64,000 nt of DNA from Chloroflexota bacterium (GTDB lineage: Bacteria; Chloroflexota; Anaerolineae; JAAEKA01): contig JAYELL010000001.1 of the NCBI GenBank assembly GCA_034717495.1, forward strand, positions 66,649 through 130,648. The letters are read 5' to 3'. The translations under genes were made by a program, and so were the position numbers. The notes under the pieces were generated by a model that saw only the letters and a program-made list of their open reading frames with translations, ran no database searches and was not told where the DNA came from. How positions within the stretch are numbered: the first letter of the stretch is position 1; every line of letters starts with the position of its first letter. Of this stretch, positions 28,209-38,789 are shown one piece after another.

Positions 28209-28439
28209 GGTTGTTTCCTATTTCAGTTCAATGGCCGGAAGCTCGCCGACTGCCGCCTTGTCCAGTCGCTCGGAAGTTTTTCGATCGCTTTCTTCGACAA
28301 ACTCAAATATACCACCCCTTGCTCGATATGGTCAATCTGCTCGACCGGAACGGTGACATGGCTGATCGCCGATGACCGCCCGCAACCGACCACAAACCGC
28401 GGTCTGCGGTCCGCCGTCTGCTGTCTTCTGAAAGCCGCC

Positions 28440-28790
28440 TCATACCTGACCGAACTGCAGGTTCACCTTGTAATCATGTTGATCGATGATTTCTACCGCG
28501 AACAACTGTTCGTCCCGATCGTACACACCCCAGACCAGGTTTGGATCGATCGGAATCTCTGGTGTACCGGCGCCGGCGAGTTCAATGGTCAGGTGGGGGT
28601 GCCGTCGATGATGTTCGTAATCCAGACCTACAAGGGTAATCGATCCTGTTTGAGCTACGGGAGTCATGGAGCCTGTGCCTTGCTCTACATGAACCGATTT
28701 TCCACCGAAGTTCTGATTGAGCTCCTCGAAGAAAGCTGTCCATTGGGATGCGGGAATCATCCTGGGTTGGTGGGTGGGATCGTGATCCAT
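28440..28790 (-). CDS. small hypothetical protein (~116 aa)
   Basis: ORF only; start placed at the internal Met (MDHDPTHQ..). No recognisable motif. Confidence 0.3.
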   Translation of the reverse strand: MDHDPTHQPRMIPASQWTAFFEELNQNFGGKSVHVEQGTGSMTPVAQTGSITLVGLDYEHHRRHPHLTIELAGAGTPEIPIDPNLVWGVYDRDEQLFAVEIIDQHDYKVNLQFGQV

Positions 28791-28967
28791 AAGATTCTCC
28801 TTTTCGCCGGTAGTATTTTGGGGCCATCGAAGCTGAGCCGTCATGGGCCGGCATCATACCAATTTTACCCAGCTTCGTCGACCCCGCAAGTAGGTTTGCA
28901 TCGGTTGTTTCGCATGACCCGATCCGCCAATGCACCATCGCCCTGTTTCTCTTTTCGCCGCGTCCCT

Positions 28968-29957
28968 CTATTCCAGTGATTTTCGGTACTCCAACCAGGC
29001 CGGTAGTTCCTGGAAACCAAATCGAAGATTCAGCAGAAACATCGGGTTGTCTTCGTGATTGTCAGTACGGATTTCGGGCGGCCCACCTTCGGACGATGTC
29101 AGGGATTTGGCATAGGAGATCGCCTGCACCTTGAGAGCGGTTGCGATACCCTGGCGCCGATAGTCGCGCAGAACGCCGGTTAGCCCTGTATAGAGGATGG
29201 TGTCGGTTGCCTCGCTTGCCCAAAGGTTTGTCAGACCTATGTAGCGGTCTTCGTCGAGCGCAACCAGAAAGCCGTTGGGCATCAGGTTGGGGTTATCTTC
29301 GAGCCTCTTAGCGAAATGTTCGAAGGGTACGGGTGTAAAGTCGTCATGCCACGGGATATCCTGCATGATTATACGATCCAGATCGAATAATCGCCGGAGG
29401 TGGTCGGGATAGATGGCATCCAACTCGCCAAAGGTTCGGATGGTGATACCCGAATCCTGCATGGCCTGAACCACGCCGGAGAACCGCTCAGGCTCAAACG
29501 CTGCCGGGTCCAAAACCGAGCATGGCGAACGGGAGGCCATCTGGAAGCCACGGTCTTCCAGAAACCGTTGGCCTTCCGGCTTGTCCTCCCGGGTGAGGGC
29601 ATCGATTGAACGGGGATCGGAAGGCTGCAGCTCTGCAATAATATGGTCGTAGAGCATCCCGCCGATACCCTGTTGCTGGAAATCTGGAAGGATCAGGATT
29701 TCCAGGTAGTACTTCCGGGGATCGAACGCCCAGGACATGTGGCCATATTCGGCGAACGCAACACACTGAACGGGCTCGGCGGCAATCTTTTCCCGAATCA
29801 CCAACACCCGTCGAAAGAGATGCTCCGGTATCCGTTGCCTGTCCCGGCGTGCCTGGAAGGAGACGTTGACAGGCATATCGGGCCAGATGGCGTTTCGGAT
29901 CGCCACGATGGCCTCGTAATCTTCGGAGCTGCCATTGAAGGGTCTGGTACTGAACAT
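28968..29957 (-). CDS. GNAT family N-acetyltransferase, tandem two-domain
   Basis: Two acetyl-CoA-binding signatures: QQQGIGGMLYDHI and RRQGIATALKVQAISYA. 329 aa is consistent with duplicated GNAT folds. Confidence 0.7.
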   Translation of the reverse strand: MFSTRPFNGSSEDYEAIVAIRNAIWPDMPVNVSFQARRDRQRIPEHLFRRVLVIREKIAAEPVQCVAFAEYGHMSWAFDPRKYYLEILILPDFQQQGIGGMLYDHIIAELQPSDPRSIDALTREDKPEGQRFLEDRGFQMASRSPCSVLDPAAFEPERFSGVVQAMQDSGITIRTFGELDAIYPDHLRRLFDLDRIIMQDIPWHDDFTPVPFEHFAKRLEDNPNLMPNGFLVALDEDRYIGLTNLWASEATDTILYTGLTGVLRDYRRQGIATALKVQAISYAKSLTSSEGGPPEIRTDNHEDNPMFLLNLRFGFQELPAWLEYRKSLE

Positions 29958-30314
29958 CGTTTCCTCCAGTCGAGAATAGATATCCTGTCAGCTGCCTATG
30001 GCAGCATGTCGGAATGTCAAAATGCCAGAACGGGAACAGGAGTTTTCGTAGGTCCGGCTACCAGCCGGACGATCTGGTGTACCAGAGATGTCACGCTGAT
30101 AGCGATGACCTACAAAACTCGCGTTCGCAAATTGGCTTCAGTTTTTTTCACCGGTTCACCGTGTCCTCGTATCGCCGTGTCGGACAAGGGCTTGGATTCC
30201 GATGGGGCCGAACTGACGCCAGACGCGCAGACTTCCGGTCCCGCCAGGAGATCGGAAGTCTGATTGAACGATGGCTTTCAGGCCGGAATCCGATCGGCCT
30301 GCCGGTCTTCGGGA

Positions 30315-31088
30315 TTAGCCCAGATCCTCTGTCGCTGCTGCTGCGCCCAGTTCGGCAGCGCCTTCGGCGATCTCGGCGATTCCTTCAGCCTCAATCTCCG
30401 CGGCAATCTCAGCATCCTCGGCGGCCATTGCCAGCTCGTCGATGCCCTCCAGGCCCAGTAAGAATCCCCCAGCAGCCAGTTCGGCCGCGCGCTCCGAGGC
30501 CAGCTCGGAAGCAGCAATCCGAAGCGCTCCCTCGTCGATCTCCTCAATGCCCAACTCGGCGATGTGCAGACCGGTGGCATCCATTAGTTCTGCCAGGCTC
30601 TGCTGAGCGGCTGATCGCAGAATAACATCCCCGGCGATCTCCTGCAATCTGGCTCCGCGATCACCCAGCACTGCGCTCAACACCGGCATCTCCAGCGCAT
30701 CCACCACATCACCGATGGTCTGAAGCTCTCCCGCCATGCGGCCCAGCTCCAGGCCCCGGTCCAGGTCTCCCAGGCTCATCAGACCAACCGCAGCGCTCAT
30801 GGCGCTGACATCGTCTGAGGCCATCAACAGCTCGGCGCCCTCAGCCAGATCGGTGACCCCGGCCTCACCGACCACATCGGCCAACGCCGCCAGGCGATCT
30901 GCCACGATCTCGGCGTCAACCGCCCTGGTCAAATCGGAGGCGGCGGCCATTGCTTCGGCCACGGCCAGATCGGCCACTTCCTCTCCCAACTCGAGGGTAT
31001 CGAGACCCTCTTCCACCAACTCATCACCTTCTGCGGCTATAAAGGTTGCAGCTGCTTCAGCGGCCGTATCCTTGTCTTTCTTTGCCAT
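30315..31088 (-). CDS. highly acidic Ala/Glu/Leu/Gly-rich low-complexity protein of unknown function
   Basis: 257 aa with ~25% Ala and >20% Glu+Asp, almost no basic residues after the N-terminal MAKKDKD, and degenerate internal repeats (AELxxxG, EIAAEIEAEGIAEIAEGAAELGAAAATEDLG). Good RBS aaaggag. Confidence 0.5.
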   Translation of the reverse strand: MAKKDKDTAAEAAATFIAAEGDELVEEGLDTLELGEEVADLAVAEAMAAASDLTRAVDAEIVADRLAALADVVGEAGVTDLAEGAELLMASDDVSAMSAAVGLMSLGDLDRGLELGRMAGELQTIGDVVDALEMPVLSAVLGDRGARLQEIAGDVILRSAAQQSLAELMDATGLHIAELGIEEIDEGALRIAASELASERAAELAAGGFLLGLEGIDELAMAAEDAEIAAEIEAEGIAEIAEGAAELGAAAATEDLG

Positions 31089-31150
31089 GTTCCATTTTCT
31101 CCTTTTGGAATATTGATTGCCCTCGCAGGCAAGCGAAAACTGATTGAACT

Positions 31151-31648
31151 CTACAAGCCCAGACCTGAACTGAGTTCCGCCAGGGCAGCCTTCTCCTGGT
31201 CACTGACGCGCACGCTGCCGATTCCTAAGAATCCACCCTCGCGTCCCGCCTCGGCCGTCGCCTGAGCGACACCCATTATCCACTTTTTGTAGCCCGTGGC
31301 TTCTTCTGCACTGCCTTTTTCTGCCACCAGGTTGGCGGCTTCTTCGATCTCGGTCAGCATGGCGGCCTTGGTAGCTTCCGGATCCTTCTTCTGCTCGTCG
31401 GTGAGGTCGAAATCCGATTTGGCGTCCTTGTCCTTGGATTTATCCTGGAAATCGGCCACCAATGCACCGACCAGGTCTTGAGCGTCCTCGGGCACGGGCT
31501 GTGCCAGGATCGCCTTGCTCATACCGGCGGTCTCTTTGAATACACTGGTCACGGCCAGATCGGCGATGATAAGATAGGTGCCGGCCAAAATCGGGGCCTG
31601 CATGAGTTGGCCCCACTCTTCCGCGGTATAATCTGTTTTCGTGGTCAC
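31151..31648 (-). CDS. hypothetical protein (165 aa), co-transcribed upstream of the acidic protein
   Basis: ORF with an N-terminal amphipathic or hydrophobic stretch (APILAGTYLIIADLAVTSVF) and a charged Lys/Asp/Glu-rich middle. No family recognised. Confidence 0.45.
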   Translation of the reverse strand: MTTKTDYTAEEWGQLMQAPILAGTYLIIADLAVTSVFKETAGMSKAILAQPVPEDAQDLVGALVADFQDKSKDKDAKSDFDLTDEQKKDPEATKAAMLTEIEEAANLVAEKGSAEEATGYKKWIMGVAQATAEAGREGGFLGIGSVRVSDQEKAALAELSSGLGL

Positions 31649-31933
31649 AATTCTCTCCCTGGTTTGGATGGCGTTGAGGCTTCAGCCGGTTTCGTGTCTG
31701 ACCGACCAAAGCATACTGAACAATTGCCGTTTCGTACATGGATTGCTCCGATTATACCCGCGGCATGCTGATAGCGCAAAAAATCAGTTTCTCAGACCTG
31801 GGTTATTCCCGCAGATAGCGCATAGTCCCTGTGTATTCCCAGGCGGGATTTCATTTGACAGCGCGACACCGCTGTGTTATCATCTCTTTGCAACATCTGT
31901 TCAAGCCTGTTCATCTGTTCAAGTGAGGCGCCG

Positions 31934-32971
31934 ATGCGTTCCGATGCCGACAGGCACACGCTCTTGTACAAGATCGCCAAGGCCTATTACGAGGACGGGC
32001 TCACCCAGCACCAGATCGGTCGACGCTTTAGTCTCTCCCGCGTCAAGGTCTCGCGCCTTTTGCAGGAGGCACGAGATGAACGAGTTGTCCAGATTGCCAT
32101 CGTTTCTTCCATTGACTCCAACGCGGACCTCGAACGTGAACTGGAAGCTCGCTTTGACCTTCTGGAGGCCGTCGTCGTCACCCCTGCGGACTACAGTGCT
32201 CCCGTGATTCTTCAGGAACTGGGTACTGCAGCGGCTAATCATCTGATGCGCTGCCTGCAGGGCAAGGAGATTGTGGCCCTGAGCTGGGGCACTACCCTGC
32301 ATGCCGTGATCGAGGCGCTGCCCGCTCAGAACTGGCCCGATCTGAAGGTCGTGCAGATCCTTGGTGGCGTTGGTGATCCAGAGGTCGAAGTTCATGGCAA
32401 CGATCTCTCCCGCCGGATGGCTCAATCCTTTGGCGCCCAACTTCGTTTCATGCCATCCCCGGGTATCGTTGGCAGCAGGCAAGTGCGCGACGCGTTGATC
32501 GGCGATCCCCAGATTGCGTCAAGCCTGGCATTGGGCCAACGGGCCGACGTGGCGCTGGTAGGCATCGGTGTGCCTATCCCGGGATCGGTGGTCGACCGGG
32601 CAGGTATTCTATCGAAGGATGAGATCGTCGAGTTGGCGAACCTCGCTGCTGTGGGTGACATTGCTCTGCGATTCTTCGACAAAAACGGCCAACCCACCCA
32701 GCACGCGATCAACGATCGTATCGTTGGCCTGGATATCGACCAAATGAGGCGGATACCCCGCAGGATCGGTGTGGCTGGTGGTAGTGACAAACACCAGGCG
32801 ATTGGCGCAGTGCTGCGTGGCGGCCTCGTCAATGTTATCGTGACCGATGAGCGCAGCGCCAGATATCTGCTCACCAGCTCCGGAAAGGCCCCGGATTCAG
32901 CCAACGGGATAGCAGCTCAGGCGACGATTGGCAACACCGTGCGATCGCCTGGCGAACTGGTTCATGGGTGA
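31934..32971 (+). CDS. SorC/DeoR-family sugar-binding transcriptional regulator
   Basis: N-terminal HTH LLYKIAKAYYEDGLTQHQIGRRFSLSRVKVSRLLQEARDERVVQIAI, followed by a ~250-aa sugar-phosphate-binding domain, as in CggR/DeoR(Bsu)/LsrR. Confidence 0.75.
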   Translation: MRSDADRHTLLYKIAKAYYEDGLTQHQIGRRFSLSRVKVSRLLQEARDERVVQIAIVSSIDSNADLERELEARFDLLEAVVVTPADYSAPVILQELGTAAANHLMRCLQGKEIVALSWGTTLHAVIEALPAQNWPDLKVVQILGGVGDPEVEVHGNDLSRRMAQSFGAQLRFMPSPGIVGSRQVRDALIGDPQIASSLALGQRADVALVGIGVPIPGSVVDRAGILSKDEIVELANLAAVGDIALRFFDKNGQPTQHAINDRIVGLDIDQMRRIPRRIGVAGGSDKHQAIGAVLRGGLVNVIVTDERSARYLLTSSGKAPDSANGIAAQATIGNTVRSPGELVHG

Positions 32972-33010
32972 AGGATTATCAGGATAACCTCCTGGAAGGG
33001 TAGTGGATTC

Positions 33011-34567
33011 ATGTCAGATTATCTTCTTGGTCTCGACTATGGCACCGGCGGTGCCAAGGCCTGTATTATCGACCCGGAGGGCAACGTCCTGGGCTTTGCT
33101 TTCGAGGAATATCCTTTCTATCATGACCATCCCGGCTGGTCGGAGCACGATCCCGATCGCTACTGGACTGTCGCCTGCCAAATGATCCAGGAATGCATCT
33201 CGCAGGCTCGCATTCAACCAGCCGAAATCAAGGGGCTTGCAGTTTCTTCCGCCTTGCCTTCCATGGTAATGGTGGACGAGCAGCACCAGCCAATTCATCG
33301 CGCCTACAACCTGATGGATAGGCGTGCAACCCGGGAGGTTGAATGGCTCAAGGAGAATATCGGCGAGCAACGGATCATGGATATCACGGCCAATCGTATC
33401 GAGGATCATCCTGCCCTGGTCAACCTGTTATGGGAAAAGACCAACCGTCCCGAGTCCTATGGGCAGATCTGGAAAGCCCTTACCATCGATGGTTTTATCA
33501 CCCTCAAGTTGACCGGCAGGCCGGTGGTTTGTCACGGCGGCGCGCCCTTCTACGGCGTGGCCTACAACCTGGTCGAGGAGAGCTTCGACCAACAGATGTT
33601 GAACGACATCGGGATCGATGGCAGCCTGATACCGGAGATCCATCGCAGCGAGGAGATCATCGGCGAGGTGACCTCTGCCGCCGCCGCTGAGACGGGCCTG
33701 GCAGCGGGCACGCTGGTCTGCGCCGGACAGGTTGACTTCAATGCCAGTTGCATCGCTGCCGGCATCGTCGACGAAGGCGACATCATGAGCAACCTGGGCA
33801 CGGTTGGCAACTTCGGCGTCATATTCACCGACAAGGCCTTCCCCTATTCACCTGTGGGCCTCTCCATGATTAACCTGGCCTTTACCGTGGACTCGGCCAA
33901 TACCTTGATGACCATTCCCTCGACCACCACCGGCGGCCAGTCGATTCGCTATCTGCGGGACGAATTTTCCAAGTACGAGATCGAGGTGGAGCGGGTGCTG
34001 GGTATCAGTTCGTATGATCTGCTCAATATGCAGGCAGCCGAGGTTCCCTTGGGCAGCGACGGTTTGATCATTCTCCCCTACCTGATGGGTGAACGAACGC
34101 CCATTTGGGATACCACTGCCCGGGGTGTCATCTTCGGTCTCTCGTTGAACCATACCAAGGGCCACATCGTACGTGCCATGATGGAGGCGGTAGCCTTTGC
34201 CCTGTACGACTCCTACCGCCTGATCGAAACATCTGGATTGAAGCTGAACACCCCCATGGTGCTCAACGAGGGTGGCGCGGTCAGCAAGCTCTGGCGCCAG
34301 ATCATTACAGATGTGTTCAACGTGCCCACAGTGCTGGTCAAACGACGGACAGGTGCTCCCTTTGGCGACGCAATCCTTGCCGGGGTGGCTACTGGTGTTT
34401 TCGACGATTATTCAGTTGCGAAGCAGTGGGCAGAATATGTCGACCGCATGGAGCCGATTCCAGGCAACCACCAGCGCTACATGCCTTATTTCGACCTTTA
34501 CAAAGACCTTTATGAACATGTCAAGGAGGATTTCAAAACGTTGGCGAAGCTACGAGGACAGCTATAG
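33011..34567 (+). CDS. FGGY-family carbohydrate kinase (xylulokinase/LsrK-like)
   Basis: [17 protein letters not shown]-terminal motif; FGGY domain 2 ([18 protein letters not shown]); 518 aa. Confidence 0.85.
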   Translation: MSDYLLGLDYGTGGAKACIIDPEGNVLGFAFEEYPFYHDHPGWSEHDPDRYWTVACQMIQECISQARIQPAEIKGLAVSSALPSMVMVDEQHQPIHRAYNLMDRRATREVEWLKENIGEQRIMDITANRIEDHPALVNLLWEKTNRPESYGQIWKALTIDGFITLKLTGRPVVCHGGAPFYGVAYNLVEESFDQQMLNDIGIDGSLIPEIHRSEEIIGEVTSAAAAETGLAAGTLVCAGQVDFNASCIAAGIVDEGDIMSNLGTVGNFGVIFTDKAFPYSPVGLSMINLAFTVDSANTLMTIPSTTTGGQSIRYLRDEFSKYEIEVERVLGISSYDLLNMQAAEVPLGSDGLIILPYLMGERTPIWDTTARGVIFGLSLNHTKGHIVRAMMEAVAFALYDSYRLIETSGLKLNTPMVLNEGGAVSKLWRQIITDVFNVPTVLVKRRTGAPFGDAILAGVATGVFDDYSVAKQWAEYVDRMEPIPGNHQRYMPYFDLYKDLYEHVKEDFKTLAKLRGQL

Positions 34568-34584
34568 CAGATGAAAGGAAGAAA

Positions 34585-35403
34585 ATGAGCACCTCCCTCG
34601 GCAAGCAGGTGCGGCTGCACAGGTTGCAGAACCCGCAGTCGGGCCGGATCCTGACGATAGCCATTGACCATGCGCCCAGCTATGGCGTGCTGCCCGGCCT
34701 GGAGGATATCCAGGCGGTGATCGACCGCGTGGCCGCTGGCGGCCCCGACGCGGTCATGCTGATGAAAGGTCCTGCCCAGCGCTGTTTTGCGCCGTATGCA
34801 GGTGATATATCGTTGATACTCAAGTCGTCGACGCTGTCCCCATTCCATCCGACGCAAGACGTTTGGGTGAACCCGGTTGAGGATGCGCTTCGTTTGGGTG
34901 CAGACGCGATTTCCATGGCTCTGACTGTGGGCAGCGAGCAGCAGGCGGCGCTGGTGTCCAACCTGGCAGCGCTGGTACGGGAAGCGGAGCAGGTTGGGCT
35001 GCCCGTGATCGTACACGCCTACCCGAACGGCGAACTGGTGCCGCCAGACCAGATCTATTCGGCGGAACAGGTCAGCTACGCGGCTCGCCTGGGCATGGAG
35101 TTGGGCGTCGACATTGTCAAGACCTTCTACACCGGTTCGGCTGAGAGCTTCGGCACCGTAGTGGAGGCGGCCGCGCCTGCCCTAGTCGTGGCTGCCGGGG
35201 GACCGCGCCTGGATAGCGACGCCGATGTGTTGACTATGGCGTTCGCGGTCAAGGAGGCGGGCGCGGCGGGCCTGACGTTTGGGCGCAACGTGTGGCAGAG
35301 TGACAGCGCCCCATCCACGATCCGCGCGCTGGCGGCCGTGCTGCACGAGGAGGCTTCGGTAGACGAGGCGCTGGCGTTGTTGCCATCACAGGAAAGTGTT
35401 TGA
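34585..35403 (+). CDS. DhnA/FbaB-type class I aldolase family protein (LsrF/ADH-synthase-like)
   Basis: RLHRLQNPQSGRILTIAIDHAPSYG opening and the ~270-aa length match archaeal-type class I FBP aldolase, LsrF and DhnA. Confidence 0.7.
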   Translation: MSTSLGKQVRLHRLQNPQSGRILTIAIDHAPSYGVLPGLEDIQAVIDRVAAGGPDAVMLMKGPAQRCFAPYAGDISLILKSSTLSPFHPTQDVWVNPVEDALRLGADAISMALTVGSEQQAALVSNLAALVREAEQVGLPVIVHAYPNGELVPPDQIYSAEQVSYAARLGMELGVDIVKTFYTGSAESFGTVVEAAAPALVVAAGGPRLDSDADVLTMAFAVKEAGAAGLTFGRNVWQSDSAPSTIRALAAVLHEEASVDEALALLPSQESV

Positions 35404-36290
35404 TCATGCCGCTGGTCAATTTCAGGGAAATCCTGCAGGATGCCACCGATGACCGATACGGTGTGCCATGTCTTCTCGGTGGCAACCTTGAAATGGTCGT
35501 TGGCCAGATCAGGGCAGCAGAGGCATGTAATTCGCCCTTGATCCTCGCCTTCAATCAGGCCGTTACACCTGATGTGCCTATGTCTATCGGTCTGCCGATG
35601 ATTGTCAATGCGGCGCGAGAGGCTGCCGTGCCGGTAGCAACCATCCTGGATCACGGGATGCACCTTGAGCCAGTGGTGCAGGCCATTCACCTGGGAAGTT
35701 CCTCGGTGATGTACGACGGGTCTGGCCTGCCCTTCGAGGAAAATGTGCGACAGACGGCGGAAATCGTGCGGATCGCCCATTCCGTCGGGGTCGGCGTTGA
35801 GGCAGAACTGGGCGGCATAGGTGGCTCGTCACTGGAGGTAGGTGCGGCTGGACCCGAGCCGAGTTTCACCGATCCCGAAATGGCTGCAGAGTTCGTCGAA
35901 AGGACCGGCATCGATGCGCTGGCAGTCTCTTTTGGCAATGCCCATGGCCCTTATCAGGCAGATCCCGAGCTTGAACTGGACAGGGTTAAAAGAATCCGTG
36001 AACTGGTCTCGATCCCGCTGGTGATGCACGGCGCCTCCGGCCTGGTTGACAGCCAGTATCGGGAGATTGTAGAGAGTGGAATCAGCAAGATCAACTATTA
36101 CACAGCCATGGCTCGCGATGCCGCCCGGGATTTACGGGACTTGATGCTTGAGACCGAAGAGAACGGCCTCATTTATCACCACATTATTAAACGATCTATC
36201 GATTTCTATTATCAGGAAACAGAAAGATTACTTGTTGTTTTGGGTTGTGCCGGCAGGATTGCTGCCGGTGAGCGATTCAGGACTTACTGA
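35400..36290 (+). CDS. class II fructose/tagatose-bisphosphate aldolase family protein (GatY/KbaY-like)
   Basis: NFREILQDA..YGVP, SVMYDGSGLPFEENV (class II M(I/L)DGS motif), HGASG; 296 aa. Confidence 0.8.
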   Translation: MIMPLVNFREILQDATDDRYGVPCLLGGNLEMVVGQIRAAEACNSPLILAFNQAVTPDVPMSIGLPMIVNAAREAAVPVATILDHGMHLEPVVQAIHLGSSSVMYDGSGLPFEENVRQTAEIVRIAHSVGVGVEAELGGIGGSSLEVGAAGPEPSFTDPEMAAEFVERTGIDALAVSFGNAHGPYQADPELELDRVKRIRELVSIPLVMHGASGLVDSQYREIVESGISKINYYTAMARDAARDLRDLMLETEENGLIYHHIIKRSIDFYYQETERLLVVLGCAGRIAAGERFRTY

Positions 36291-36302
36291 AGGAAGTTCA
36301 GA

Positions 36303-37601
36303 ATGGAACTCTATGAAAACCTGTCGAAGCTGGAAGCAGCCGGTACGCCGATCCGGGTGGGCCTGGTAGGTTGCGGCCAGATGGGATCGGGCATGGTCCA
36401 TGTCACCAATCAGATGGCCGGCATGAAAACCCGCGCGATCGCCGATATCGATGTCCAACTTCCCATCAAAACCTTCCGCAAGATCGGTGTTCCGGAGTCG
36501 GATATCTGCGTCACAGCCAATCGTGGCGAGGCGCAGGATGCGTTGGCCCAGGGCAAGGTATTGGTGACCGAGGATGCCCTGCTTCTGACCCAGCTGGATG
36601 GCCTCGACAGTATCGTCGAAGCGACAGGATACACGGAGATCGGCGCTCAGGTCGCGTGGCATAGCATCATGAACGCCAAAAACGTAGTGATGCTTAACGT
36701 GGAAACCGATGTGACGGTCGGCGTATACCTTAACGAGTTGGCCAGACAGGTGGGTTGTGTGTACACAGTGGCCAGCGGCGACGAGCCCGGTGTGTGCAAG
36801 ATGTTGTACAACTTTGCCCGCAGTCTTGGCTTCGAAGTGGTATGCCTGGGCAAGGGTAAAAACAACGTCATCGACTACTATGCCACGCCCGATACCTGTC
36901 GCGAGGAAGCCCTCGGCAAGGGCATGAATCCCAAGATGTTGGCGGCATTCAAGGATGGTACCAAGACCATGGTTGAACTGGCTGCCATGTCCAACGCTAC
37001 TGGACTGGTACCCGATGTGCCTGGCACCCATGGCCAGAAGGTCGACCTGCCCGATCTCAACAAGATGCTTGTGCCGGTGAAGGACGGCGGCATCTTGAGC
37101 CAGCCCGGTTGTGTTGAGTACACCACTGGAAAGGTGGCGCCAGGTGTCTTTGCCGTCATTACCTCCCCAGACCGGCGAATTCGTGTCGATATGAAGTTCC
37201 TGGCCATGGGTGATGGTCCCTACTATACGCTGTATCGGCCTTATCATCTGTGCAACGTCGAGACGCCCATCTCCATTGCTGAGGCGGTCATCTACGGTGA
37301 AACAACGCTTGTTTCCAGGGACCTGGTATCAGAGGTGGTTGCCATCGCCAAACGGGATCTGGCGCCCGGAGACGTGGTAGATGACCTGGGAGGCTTCGAT
37401 TTCTTCAACCGTATCTACGCCTACGGGCAGGCTAAGGCGGCCAGGGGCATTCCCATGGGCCTGACGCCGGGCGGCACCGTGCTGAAGTCTATTGCCAAGG
37501 GCGAGATGTTCACTGAGGATAATTTCGCACCCGATTCCAGCCGCTTTGCCTTCAAGTTGCGCACCATTCAGGACGAAATGCTGGCGAGACGTGATTCGTG
37601 A
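36303..37601 (+). CDS. NAD(P)-binding oxidoreductase with C-terminal SAF domain (COG4091, homoserine-dehydrogenase-like)
   Basis: [15 protein letters not shown] Rossmann motif; ~430 aa with a C-terminal SAF-like region. The family assignment is from memory. Confidence 0.55.
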   Translation: MELYENLSKLEAAGTPIRVGLVGCGQMGSGMVHVTNQMAGMKTRAIADIDVQLPIKTFRKIGVPESDICVTANRGEAQDALAQGKVLVTEDALLLTQLDGLDSIVEATGYTEIGAQVAWHSIMNAKNVVMLNVETDVTVGVYLNELARQVGCVYTVASGDEPGVCKMLYNFARSLGFEVVCLGKGKNNVIDYYATPDTCREEALGKGMNPKMLAAFKDGTKTMVELAAMSNATGLVPDVPGTHGQKVDLPDLNKMLVPVKDGGILSQPGCVEYTTGKVAPGVFAVITSPDRRIRVDMKFLAMGDGPYYTLYRPYHLCNVETPISIAEAVIYGETTLVSRDLVSEVVAIAKRDLAPGDVVDDLGGFDFFNRIYAYGQAKAARGIPMGLTPGGTVLKSIAKGEMFTEDNFAPDSSRFAFKLRTIQDEMLARRDS

Positions 37602-37692
37602 AACCTGAAGCGCCGTGCGTGATCCGGTGTGCGCGGGACGCCATACCTGACACGCATCACGCACTAACCAGCATATCTTTGAGAAATTACCT

Positions 37693-38757
37693 ATGACACC
37701 CACTACCATGCAAGCTGTAGTCGTGCGAGCGCCGATGGAATTTGGCGTGGAGGAAGTGCCCCTGCCTCAGGTGGACCCGGGTGGCCTTCTCCTTCAGGTT
37801 GAGGCCTGCGGTCTATGTGGTTCAGACCTGCGCACGTTGAGGGGCGGCCATCGTAAGGTGACCTTTCCCTGGATCATCGGTCACGAGATTTGCGGCACCG
37901 TTGTCGAAACGGGCACAGACTACCGCGGTCCCTGGCAACCCGGTCAGCAGCTTGCCGTAGGGCCCATCGTCTACTGCGGAACCTGCGACTTTTGCCAGGA
38001 TGGGCGATACGAGTTGTGCGAGAACTACCGCGAGATCGCCCAGGCCTGGCCTGGCGGCCTGGCAGATTACATCGCGCTTCCCCCGGAGAGCATTCGTCTC
38101 GGCAACGTTCGGGCAGTGTCCGCAGGAGTCGACCCTGCCTTCGCTGCCATCACCGAGCCTATCTCTTCCTGTCTGAGCGCGCAGGAGAAGGGCCAGGTAG
38201 GCTTGGGCGATACCGTGATGGTCATTGGTTCGGGACCAGTCGGTTGTATCCACATTGCCCTGGCCCGTGCACGCGGTGCCTCGAAGATATTCATTGCCGA
38301 TATCGTCGATGAAAGGCTCAGGCTGGCGGAAGCGTTCGAGCCTGACGCAACGATCAACGTTTCCGAACGCGATCTGGTGGAGGAAGTGCGAAGACTGACC
38401 GGCGGCAAGGGGGCCGATGTGACGGTGACAGCAACCCCGGCGCCTGTTGCCCAGGTCCAGGCTGTCGAACTGACCAGAAAGGGTGGTCGTATTCTACTGT
38501 TCGGTGGTCTACCCAAGGATCGCAGCAAACCCGGCGTGGATATGAATATTGTCCACTACAATGCCTTGCATCTCATCGGCACGACCATTTTTGCTCCCCG
38601 GCATCACCGGCTGGCGGTGCAGTTGGTCGAGTCGGGGCGGTTTCCCATGGACAAACTGGTTACCCACAGGTTTCCACTGTCCGAGTTCAACGCCGGCGCA
38701 ACTATGGCGCTGGAAGGAAAGGTCTTGAAGGCTGTTTTCCTGCCTGGTGTTGGCTGA
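37693..38757 (+). CDS. zinc-dependent medium-chain dehydrogenase (sorbitol/threonine-DH-like)
   Basis: [15 protein letters not shown] with GHEICG zinc ligands; second Zn site [15 protein letters not shown]; GSGPVG NAD motif. Confidence 0.8.
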   Translation: MTPTTMQAVVVRAPMEFGVEEVPLPQVDPGGLLLQVEACGLCGSDLRTLRGGHRKVTFPWIIGHEICGTVVETGTDYRGPWQPGQQLAVGPIVYCGTCDFCQDGRYELCENYREIAQAWPGGLADYIALPPESIRLGNVRAVSAGVDPAFAAITEPISSCLSAQEKGQVGLGDTVMVIGSGPVGCIHIALARARGASKIFIADIVDERLRLAEAFEPDATINVSERDLVEEVRRLTGGKGADVTVTATPAPVAQVQAVELTRKGGRILLFGGLPKDRSKPGVDMNIVHYNALHLIGTTIFAPRHHRLAVQLVESGRFPMDKLVTHRFPLSEFNAGATMALEGKVLKAVFLPGVG

Positions 38758-38789
38758 TACCGGCTGTCAAGCAGCTAACTGGTGATTTC

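Noticed and set aside
31934-35403. Calling the SorC/FGGY/DhnA-aldolase triad a bona fide AI-2 lsrRKF system
   Set aside because: LsrG and the LsrACDB-type transporter are absent (a CUT1 SBP and permeases are present instead). The extra isomerase, dehydrogenases and class II aldolase fit sugar or polyol catabolism better, so this is kept only as an analogy.
37602-37692. Imperfect inverted repeat gcgtgat..gtgt..acac..atcacgc between the COG4091 and Zn-ADH genes as an intrinsic terminator
   Set aside because: There is no U-tract and the genes are otherwise tightly spaced in one operon. It may be a minor attenuator or operator, but the evidence is too weak to annotate.
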